Part shown: positions 53,411 through 61,500 of the stretch, piece by piece
Layout: the number at the start of each line of letters is the position of its first letter
How positions within the stretch are numbered: the stretch's first letter is position 1
Translations under genes and position numbers: made by a program
NCBI GenBank assembly: GCA_964248165.1
Contig: CAXTXE010000016.1
Span: 7,637 to 71,636 of the forward strand
Origin: an uncultured Terriglobus sp.
Lineage (GTDB): Bacteria > Acidobacteriota > Terriglobia > Terriglobales > Acidobacteriaceae
Direction of reading: 5' to 3'
DNA: 64,000 bases
The notes under the pieces: generated by a model
What the model was told of the DNA's origin: nothing
Database searches by the model: none
Seen by the model: the letters and a program-made list of their open reading frames with translations, nothing else

Positions 53411-54895
53411 TTAGGAGATGTCGAAGCTCAGGTACTTCAGTTCGAGATACTCCTCAATGCCGTACTTCGATCCCTCGCGCCCCAGACCGGACTGTTTCAC
53501 CCCGCCAAAGGGCGCGACCTCCGTCGAGATCAGGCCGTCGTTGATGCCCACCATGCCGTATTCCAGCGCCTCTGCCATGCGCCAGGCGCGGCCCACATCG
53601 CGTGTGTAGAAGTACGCCGCCAGCCCGGACTCCGTGTCATTGCACATCCGCAGCACCTCCTCTTCCGTGGAGAAGCGGATCAGCGGTGCCACCGGGCCGA
53701 ACGTCTCTTCGCGCAGCAGCATGGAGCCGGCGGCAACCCCGGTCAGAATCGTAGGCTGAAAGTATGTGCCGCCCAGCGCGTGACCCTCCCCGCCGGTGTG
53801 AACCGTCGCGCCGCGCTCCACGGCGTCGCGGATGTGCAGTTCAACCTTCTCCACCGCGTCCTGATTGATCAGTGGACCGATGGATACGCCGTCCTCCAGA
53901 CCGCAGCCCACGCGCAGGTCTCCTACTGCTGCGGACAGCCGCCGCGCGAACTCGTCATAGATGCCGTCCTGCACAAAGATGCGGTTCGCGCACACGCACG
54001 TCTGACCGGCGTTGCGGAACTTCGAGATCATCGCGCCTTCAATTGCCTTCGGCAGGTCAGCGTCATCGAAGACGATAAAGGGCGCATTGCCGCCCAGTTC
54101 CAGCGAAACCTTCTTGATCGTCCCAGCGCACTGCCGCAGAAGAATGCGGCCTACTTCAGTCGAGCCGGTAAACGACAACTTGCGCACCGTTGTGCTGCTC
54201 GTAAGCTCGCCGCCGATGGCAATCGCATCGCCCGTAATGATATTCAGCACGCCAGCAGGGATGTCCGCCCGGTCCGCGAGCTCCGCCATCGCCAGCGCGG
54301 TCAGCGGCGTCTCGGGCGCCGGCTTGATCACCATGGTGCATCCAGCGGCCAGCGCCGCTCCCGCCTTGCGCGTGATCATGGCGCATGGAAAGTTCCACGG
54401 CGTAATCGCCGCGACCACGCCGACCGGCTGCTTCAGCGTGACGATGCGGCGGTTGCGCGTGTTTGCCGGAATGGTATCACCGTAAACGCGCCGTGCCTCG
54501 CCGGCGAACCAGTGCAGAAACGACGCGCCATAGGCAATCTCGCCGCGAGCCTCGGCCAGCGGCTTGCCCTGCTCCAGCGTCAGGATGCGGGCGAGATCCT
54601 CCTTGTGCTCAAGACACAAATCAGCCCAGCGCTCGATGACTTCTCCGCGCTCCTTTGCCGTAGCCGAGCGCCAGCCGGGCAGCGCAGCCTCTGCCGCGCG
54701 AATGGCATCGCGGGCCTCGGCCGCTCCGAAGTGCGGTACATGTCCCAGCACGCTGCCATCATGCGGATTGGTTACTGCGTCCACGCCCTTGCCGGTCCAC
54801 TGGCCATCCACGTAGCACTGCTGGCACAACAGCGCCGGGTCGCGCAGACCCAGCGAGCGTGTTTCTGCTTCAGCCTCCATCAGGTGGGTCAACAT
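53411..54895 (-). CDS. gabD: NAD(P)-dependent succinate-semialdehyde dehydrogenase
   Basis: Collinear with E. coli GabD as I recall it: LTLEQGKPLAEARGEIAYGASF, ITPWNFPCAMITRKAGAALAAGCTMVIKPA, LELGGNAPFIVF, CVCANR, EETFGPVAPL. Confidence 0.85.
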   Translation of the reverse strand: MLTHLMEAEAETRSLGLRDPALLCQQCYVDGQWTGKGVDAVTNPHDGSVLGHVPHFGAAEARDAIRAAEAALPGWRSATAKERGEVIERWADLCLEHKEDLARILTLEQGKPLAEARGEIAYGASFLHWFAGEARRVYGDTIPANTRNRRIVTLKQPVGVVAAITPWNFPCAMITRKAGAALAAGCTMVIKPAPETPLTALAMAELADRADIPAGVLNIITGDAIAIGGELTSSTTVRKLSFTGSTEVGRILLRQCAGTIKKVSLELGGNAPFIVFDDADLPKAIEGAMISKFRNAGQTCVCANRIFVQDGIYDEFARRLSAAVGDLRVGCGLEDGVSIGPLINQDAVEKVELHIRDAVERGATVHTGGEGHALGGTYFQPTILTGVAAGSMLLREETFGPVAPLIRFSTEEEVLRMCNDTESGLAAYFYTRDVGRAWRMAEALEYGMVGINDGLISTEVAPFGGVKQSGLGREGSKYGIEEYLELKYLSFDIS

Positions 54896-55878
54896 AGCCG
54901 GTTCTCCGCTGGCCGCCCTTCCTCGAAGGCCTGTAATCCGTCCAGCACCAGAAACCCCATCGCATTGCGCGACTCCACCGTGGCGCTCGCAATATGCGGC
55001 GTCAGGAAAACATTTCGCAACTCGCTGTAGCGCGGGTCAAGGTGCGGCTCGCCCCGGTAGACATCAAGTCCCGCCGCAAACAACCTTCCCGTGCGCAACG
55101 CCTCAATCAGCGAATCATCATCCACCACATCACCGCGTGACAGGTTCACCACAATCGCGTTTCCCGGCAGCAGCGCAATACGTTCGTGGTTTAGAAACCC
55201 GGACATCTCCGGGCTGCCTGGCGTCAAAAGCAGCAGAAAGTCGCTGACACGCAGAAGGCTTTCGGCGCTGTCGTGAAAGGCCGAGCCCGCTTCCTGCGCG
55301 GCTGGCAAACGGTGGCGATTATGGTAGTGGATCTCCACGCCAAAGCCACGGAGCCGCTCCGCTACGGCCTGCCCGATACGGCCCATGCCCAGGATGCCCA
55401 CGCGCCGCCCTTTCAGACCGATGCCCACCAGCTGCGTCAACCCGTACCCCGGCCACGTGCCGGACCGAACCATCGTGTCCGCCTCATGCCCGCGCCGCGC
55501 CGCGTTCAGCAGAAGCAGCAAGGCCAGGTCCGCGCAGGCGTCTGACAAGACCCCCGGCGAGTAATACACCGCGATGCGGAGCTCCTTCGCCGCGTGGAGA
55601 TCGATGTGGTTGTACCCTGCCGAGATCGTGCCGATGGCCTTCAGCGTCCCGCGCAAATGCTCCATCACGCTGCGCGAAACCGGCTGCATGGCTGAGGTCA
55701 GCAGATAGTCACATCCCTCAGCCGCCCGCGCCAGCGCCTCCGGCGCCAGCACAGAATCCTCCGGATTGGTTACGAGATCGTACCGCTGCGCTGCCCGGCG
55801 CTCCACCGCCTCCGGCAACGTGCGCGAAGAGTACACCGTGCGCCGAAGCCCAACATCTGACATAGCCGTTTCGCTCAC
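54889..55878 (-). CDS. D-isomer-specific 2-hydroxyacid dehydrogenase (glyoxylate/hydroxypyruvate-reductase-like)
   Basis: VGILGMGRIGQAVAERLRGFGVEIHYHNR, LLLLTPGSPEMSGFL, VNLSRGDVVD, LDVYRGEP, TPHIASAT. It overlaps gabD by 7 nt. Confidence 0.85.
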   Translation of the reverse strand: MSETAMSDVGLRRTVYSSRTLPEAVERRAAQRYDLVTNPEDSVLAPEALARAAEGCDYLLTSAMQPVSRSVMEHLRGTLKAIGTISAGYNHIDLHAAKELRIAVYYSPGVLSDACADLALLLLLNAARRGHEADTMVRSGTWPGYGLTQLVGIGLKGRRVGILGMGRIGQAVAERLRGFGVEIHYHNRHRLPAAQEAGSAFHDSAESLLRVSDFLLLLTPGSPEMSGFLNHERIALLPGNAIVVNLSRGDVVDDDSLIEALRTGRLFAAGLDVYRGEPHLDPRYSELRNVFLTPHIASATVESRNAMGFLVLDGLQAFEEGRPAENRLC

Positions 55879-56025
55879 CCGTCCATCCTACGACGGCTCA
55901 AGAAAGCAAGAGCTTCGGCGCATCAAACGATGGCACGGAGTTCGCCATCATCCGCGGTCCTCCACCTTTGGGCACGGTGGGTTCGCAGCTGCGCATAGGA
56001 AGTTCTCCTGGAAAGAATGCAGCGA

Positions 56026-56316
56026 TCACTCCCCAAATAACTGCGGTGTCCCCTGCGGTACCGGCAGGCCAGGCTTCCCGCCGCCGCACTGCGGGCACTT
56101 TCGCCCATGCACACGTATTCCAGGTACACCGTAGCGATAGCTGCATCGCGTGCAGCGCAGGGCGTAGATAGATTGTCCCGGCAGATCGTTGGGGGCGCGC
56201 CCAGCCTTGCCCACAACCTGCTGCCCATGCTGGTTCACCGTGCCCGGCTCCAGCGTAAGTGCCCGGGCTGCCTCGCGCCATGCGGGTGCGGGCGGAATGT
56301 ACCGTCGTAAACGCAT
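56026..56316 (-). CDS. possible small zinc-ribbon protein
   Basis: Internal ATG of ORF 56026..56625. MRLRRYIPPAPAWREAARALTLEPG...ALRCTRCSYRYGVPGIRVHGRKCPQCGGGKPG has a CxxC...CxxC pair. It lies upstream of, and co-directional with, the dehydrogenase operon. Support is weak. Confidence 0.35.
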   Translation of the reverse strand: MRLRRYIPPAPAWREAARALTLEPGTVNQHGQQVVGKAGRAPNDLPGQSIYALRCTRCSYRYGVPGIRVHGRKCPQCGGGKPGLPVPQGTPQLFGE

Positions 56317-56334
56317 GTCTCTAGGATAGAGACG

Positions 56335-57522
56335 ATGCATGCGGCGGACACGTATGACGTAACGGTGCTCGGAGGGGGTGCGGCGGGCCTGTTCTGCGCG
56401 GCGCTGGCCGGTGTGCGCGGCAAGCGTGTCCTCCTGCTGGAGTATGGCGAGCGTGCCGGGCGCAAAATCCTGATCAGCGGCGGCGGGCGGTGCAACTTCA
56501 CCAACCTGCATACAACGCCCGCCAACTACCTGAGCGAGAATCCGCACTTTGCCAAGAGCGCGCTTGCCCGCTACACGCCGCGTGATTTCATCGGCCTGGT
56601 GGAACGCTACCGCATTCCGTATCACGAGAAGGCGCTAGGGCAGATGTTTTGCGATGGCTCCGCACAGGCGATCGTCGCGATGCTGGAGAGCGAATGCCGA
56701 GCGGCGCATGTCGATATCCGCCTGCGAACACCGGTGTTGCACGTCGCTCGCGAAGACGGCGCGTTCGTCATCGCAACCCCGTCCGGCAATCTGCGCAGCC
56801 GCAATGCGGTCGTCGCGACCGGCGGTCTCTCCATACCCAAGATGGGTGCCACCGGCGCGGGATATGACATCGCGCGCAGCTTCGGCCTCTGCATCGTGGA
56901 ACCGCGCCCGGCACTTGTGCCCCTGACGTTCAGTGACAAGGACCGGGAGCACTGGAGCGATCTCTCCGGCCTTTCGTGCGAAGTCATGGCGGCATCAGGC
57001 CCGCCGAAACGACCGGTTCGATTCCGCGAAAAGATGCTCATCACGCATCGCGGCCTGTCCGGCCCGGCCGTGCTGCAGGCTTCTTCCTACTGGCAGCCGG
57101 GCGAGCCGGTGCACTTCGATCTTGCGCCCGGAGCGGAGGTCTTTACGCCCATGCTCGCGGCCGCGGCCCGCCGCGAACCGTCTGTGGCAGCGGCTCTGCT
57201 GCGGCAACATCTTCCGGCGCGTTTCGCCGAGCGATGGCTCTTGGCCGACGCTCCCTCCAACTGGAAGAACGCCTCCATTCTACGGCTGGAAGAGCGCCTG
57301 CACGCATGGAGCGTCACTCCCGCAGGCACGGAAGGCTACGGCAAGGCCGAGGTCACGGCAGGCGGCGTCAGCACCGCCGAGCTCCACTCCACCACCATGC
57401 AGGCCCGCCGCGTACCCGGGCTGTATTTCATCGGCGAAGTCGTCGATGTTACCGGCCACCTGGGCGGCTATAACTTCCAGTGGGCCTGGGCCAGCGCCTT
57501 CGCCGCCGCAAACGCTATCTGA
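56335..57522 (+). CDS. HI0933/YhiN(BaiN)-family FAD-dependent oxidoreductase
   Basis: YDVTVLGGGAAGLFCAALAGVRGKRVLLLEYGERAGRKILISGGGRCNFTN and C-terminal GLYFIGEVVDVTGHLGGYNFQWAWASAFAAA. Confidence 0.85.
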   Translation: MHAADTYDVTVLGGGAAGLFCAALAGVRGKRVLLLEYGERAGRKILISGGGRCNFTNLHTTPANYLSENPHFAKSALARYTPRDFIGLVERYRIPYHEKALGQMFCDGSAQAIVAMLESECRAAHVDIRLRTPVLHVAREDGAFVIATPSGNLRSRNAVVATGGLSIPKMGATGAGYDIARSFGLCIVEPRPALVPLTFSDKDREHWSDLSGLSCEVMAASGPPKRPVRFREKMLITHRGLSGPAVLQASSYWQPGEPVHFDLAPGAEVFTPMLAAAARREPSVAAALLRQHLPARFAERWLLADAPSNWKNASILRLEERLHAWSVTPAGTEGYGKAEVTAGGVSTAELHSTTMQARRVPGLYFIGEVVDVTGHLGGYNFQWAWASAFAAANAI

Positions 57523-57612
57523 TTGGGTGATGCGGATCAGCACAGGGCCGCGCCGGAACGAGTTCTCATGGGCTGGCGGGCGGTAGTATCTTGAAGCTGT
57601 GGAGGAGCTTTT

Positions 57613-57822
57613 ATGTCTCTTGATGAGCAGATAGCGGAACTCGAGTTGGAGAAAATGAGCTGCCTGCGCCAGTACGATGAACGCATCGCGTCCCTTAAGC
57701 ACCTTCGCTCCTCAACGTGGGAGCAAGAAGCGTTTGTGCCCCGTACAGGTCGCTTCCGTCCCATCCCATCGAGCGGTGAACCAGCGTCAGAAATCATTAT
57801 CCGGGAACGAGGTGGGCGCTGA
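57613..57822 (+). CDS. putative antitoxin of a PIN-type TA pair (family not recognised)
   Basis: 69 aa, with GGAGGA 7 nt upstream of the ATG. Its stop overlaps the beginning of the PIN reading frame. It has no clear RHH/AbrB motif, so the call is positional. Confidence 0.45.
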   Translation: MSLDEQIAELELEKMSCLRQYDERIASLKHLRSSTWEQEAFVPRTGRFRPIPSSGEPASEIIIRERGGR

Positions 57823-58292
57823 ATCGCTATTTCTTCGATTCGAGTGCTCTCGTAAAACTCTTCCTGCACGAGCAGGGTACGGAGTCGGTCATCTCGCTCG
57901 TGGAGCGGACCGATGATCGCCTCCGGCTCATCTCGTCACTGGCTGCCATCGAAGTGCGTTCCGCGATCAACCGGAAATGTACGCGGCGCGAGATCACAGA
58001 GGGCGAAGCTGCGGACGCCGTCGCCCTGCTCAACGCGGAAGTTCGCCGTGTTATCGAGATTCCTGTCTCAGCGGCGGTCGTTGAGCGTGCTTGCGAGATT
58101 GTCGTCCCGTTGCAATTACGCGCACTCGACGCAATTCAACTCGCGTCCGCGATACAGACAACTAAAAGCGAAGTTGAGCCAAAGATTGTTTTTGTAAGTG
58201 CGGATACAGAACTGCACAGACACCGTCGCGGGATTGCCTGTTCATGCGTATCGCGACACCATTGTGATGAATGCGGGCACGGCGGACAATGA
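57819..58292 (+). CDS. PIN-domain (VapC-like) protein with a non-canonical start and an aberrant 3' end
   Basis: My translation from 57819 gives (L)NRYFFDSSALVKLFLHEQGTESVISLVERTDDRLRLISSLAAIEVRSAI...LRALDAIQLASAI...VFVSADTEL. This contains the four PIN acidic positions (D, E, D, D). The frame opens after a TGA at 57777-57779, and before the first Asp it contains only CTG (57819) as a possible initiator. The ORF-track start (GTG 57900) would delete the first catalytic Asp. Confidence 0.55.
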   Translation: MNRYFFDSSALVKLFLHEQGTESVISLVERTDDRLRLISSLAAIEVRSAINRKCTRREITEGEAADAVALLNAEVRRVIEIPVSAAVVERACEIVVPLQLRALDAIQLASAIQTTKSEVEPKIVFVSADTELHRHRRGIACSCVSRHHCDECGHGGQ

Positions 58293-58503
58293 CAGCCCTG
58301 TCACCTACGTGCGCGACGTCCGTTACTCGCCGGACCTGGGCTTCAATCTCCAGTCGGTGCTGCAGTCCCCAACGGTGGGCGAACAGCGCTTCCACGTAAC
58401 AGAGATCACCACCACTGAGCCGGAGCCGCGCTTCTTCCAGCCGCCCGAGGGCTACCGCGTGGTGGACATGCGCGAGCAGGATGCGCAGCAAGAATCGAAG
58501 TAA
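58198..58503 (+). pseudogene. probable C-terminal remnant of an unrelated gene abutting the PIN ORF
   Basis: The ORF reads ...TIVMNAGTADNDSPVTYVRDVRYSPDLGFNLQSVLQSPTVGEQRFHVTEITTTEPEPRFFQPPEGYRVVDMRE. It has no plausible N-terminus or RBS and overlaps the PIN 3' end in another frame. Confidence 0.3.
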
Positions 58504-61500
58504 TCACTGCACGACCAGCGTCAAAGGGACGGTGTGGGTGACGCCTGCCGCGGTGGCGCTTGCGGTGATGTTGTAGGTGCCGCTGGGCGTGATGATGGTG
58601 GTACCGCCGCCGGTGCCCGTGCTGCCTGTCCCGGTTCCTGTTCCCTCTTCGGCGGAGGTCTTTCCCGAGCCGCAGCCGCTCAGAGCCAGCATCAGCGCGA
58701 AGCAGCAGAGCACACCCAGCAGTGCGCCATGCCTTCCCCGCCGCCGCGCGAACCACGGCACCAGGCCAAGCCACGGCAGCAATAGGTAGCCAACGGGGCT
58801 GCGCACCGCGCCGCTCTTCACCCCGGTCAGGATGGTTACGGATACCGTTTGCACGGCGGAGAGATCGCCGTATTGCGAGGTGATCTTGCACGTAGAGTTG
58901 GCAGGCGCGCCCGTGCAGGTGTACGTCACGGGATCGGAGGTCGTCACCAGCGGCCGCAGCAACAGCGGGAAGACAGCGTTGCCGCCATTCGCGGTGGTCA
59001 CAGTGGTGTTGCCGTTGGGCAGCAGCTGGAAGTCGATACCCGTCCCAGTGAGCTGCGCGGTCTGCGTGGGCGCGTTGCTGGTTACGGTGACGCTGCCCGT
59101 GCGCAACCCCGCGCCAGAGGGCAGAAACGCGATACCTAGCGAACAGCTGCCGTCTACCGGCAAGGTCGCAAAGACCGCGCAGGTGCCTGTGCCAGCGACA
59201 ATGCCATAGTCGCCAACGACCGTGACGCCGGTGATGCTTAACGGCGTGCCTCCGTTATTGGTCAGCGTCAGCGTCTGAGTGGCACCCGCGACGCCGACCC
59301 CGGTGGTGGCAAACGACAGGCTGGACGGCAGCAGCGTAACGCCTGGACCGGCAGTTGCCGTGCCGGTCAGCGACACGGTCTGCGCGCGTTGCACATCGGT
59401 AATTTGCAGCGTGCCAGTCTCTGTGCCGACGCTCTTTGGCACAAACGCCACCGTGATGGAGCAACTGCTGTGCGCCACCAGCGTTGGTCCGCAGCCGTTA
59501 CTGGCGGTGAAGTCGCCGGTAAGGATCTGCGCGGTGATCAGCGTCAGAGCAGTGTCCCCTGTGTTGGTCAGCGTGACGGTTTGCAAGCCGCTGGCCGTGT
59601 TGACCTGCTGCGCTCCAAAGGTGAGCGAGAGAGGTGCCAGTGTGTCCGTCGCGGGTGCGGTTCCGGCTCCGGTCAGCGTTGCGGTCTGCGTCCCGGCACC
59701 GTCGTTGACGGTCAGCATTCCATTGCGTGCACCGCTTGCCGTGGGTGCGAAGGCGATGGACACGGTGCATCCGGTCTGCGGCGGCAAGGATGTTCCGCAG
59801 GTGTTTGCCGCCAGCGTGAAGTCGCCAGAGGTGCTGATACTGCCCAGCGATCCGGCAATCGATCCCGTGTTGGAGACCGTGATGTTGCGCACGGCGCTGG
59901 TGGTTCCCGTGAGCTGGTTTCCAAAATCCAGAGAGGTTGGCGTCAGAACGACGGAGAACGCGCCCGTGCCATTGCCGCTAAGACCAACCGTGGTCGAGAC
60001 AGGCCCGGCGGCTGTCCCGCTCACCGTTAACGTCCCCTGCCGCGCGCCTGTCGCGGTGGGCGAGAAGGTCAGATCCAGCGTGCAGGTGTACCCCGCTGCC
60101 AGCGTCGTGCCCGCGCAGTTCCCCGTGACGTTGAAGTCACCCGCAATGGAAACACTCCCGATGGCCAGCGGGCCGTTGCCGCTATTCCTGACGGTGACCA
60201 CCCGGGTGGCGCTGGTGCTGCCGAGCACAGTATCGGGAAATGCAAGCGCGGCCGGCGTGACGGCGAGCGCGCCGGTGATGCCGCTGCCGGAAAGGTTGGT
60301 TGTGTGATTACCCAGCGCATCCGGAAGCGACAGTACACCGGAGCGGTTGCCGCTGACTGTTGGCGTAAACGTGATGGAGACGGTGCAGCTTCCGCCCGGG
60401 GCAAGCGTTGTCCCGCAGGTGTTGCTTGTAATCGCGAAATCGCCAGTAATGGTGGCAGGGCTGAGCGTTGCAGTATCGGTTCCGCCGTTATTCACGGTGA
60501 CCGTCTGCGCGGCGGAGGTGCTGTTCACGGCGATCTGCCCGAAGTTCAAGGCGCCGGGAGCAAGCGTCACGATCGGTGCTCCGGTTCCCGCGCCGGTCAG
60601 CGCCACCGTGTGTGTGCCGTTCGCATCCGGGACCGTCAGCGTGCCGGTGCGGGTACCGGTTGCGTGCGGTGTGAAGTCGACGGAGAGCGTGCAGCTCGCA
60701 CCCGCCCCAAGCGCGCTGGCGCAACTGTCGGCGGCGATGAAGAAGTCTCCCGCCACCGTTGCGGGACTAAGTGCAATGCCGGCGGTGCCGCTGTTGGTCA
60801 CCGTGATCGTCTGGGCCGCTGAGGTGCTGTTTACGGCAATCGTGCCAAACGAGAGTGAGACAGGTGCGACTGCGACGCTGGGCGTTCCATGGCCGGTACC
60901 CGTCAACAGAACGATGTGTGTTGTCGTATGCAGCGTGTCCGGCAGCGAGATGTACCCGGTGCGGGGCCCATCCACCGTGGGCGAGTAGACCACGCTAAAG
61001 CTGCAGGACGACCCTGACGGAAGCGATCCGTAACATGAGTTTGAGGGAACGGCAAAATCTGCCGAGGGCGAGAGCACGCCCCAGGTGATGGCACCATAGC
61101 CGTTGTAGGTCACGGTGACCGTCTGCGGCTGTGAAGAGCTGCCGACATTCACCGTTCCAAAGGCCAGTGACGTGGGCGAGAAGGTGACCTGCGTCGATCC
61201 ACCTGTCCCGGTCAGCGAGACGGTGTGCGTCGCCACGCCGTCTGACAGCGTCATGGTTCCGTTGCGCTGACCCACGGCGGTTGGCGCGAAGAAGACATTG
61301 ATCGTGCAGCTTTCTCCCGGGCCAAGCGCTGCATTGCACAGGTCCTGATACAGCGCGAAATCCCCGGTAAATACCGGCTGGGCCAGCGTGGCGGAAGCGT
61401 TTCCGCCATTGTGCACGGTGACGGATTGCACGCTGATCGTCTGGCCGACGGTGTTGTTCACCAGCACTGTACCGAAGTCGATGGAGGTTGGGGATAGCGA

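Noticed and set aside
53021-55030. 669-aa plus-strand ORF spanning the SDR, gabD and 2-hydroxyacid dehydrogenase region
   Set aside because: It is antisense to three genes with unambiguous enzyme motifs. Its product is Arg/Ala/His-rich with no recognisable domain. This is a typical high-G+C shadow ORF.
57900-58292. ORF-track start (GTG 57900) for the PIN protein
   Set aside because: That start would remove the N-terminal beta-strand and the first catalytic Asp (FFDSS), both of which are clearly encoded in frame upstream. The frame was therefore extended to 57819 despite the lack of a canonical start codon.
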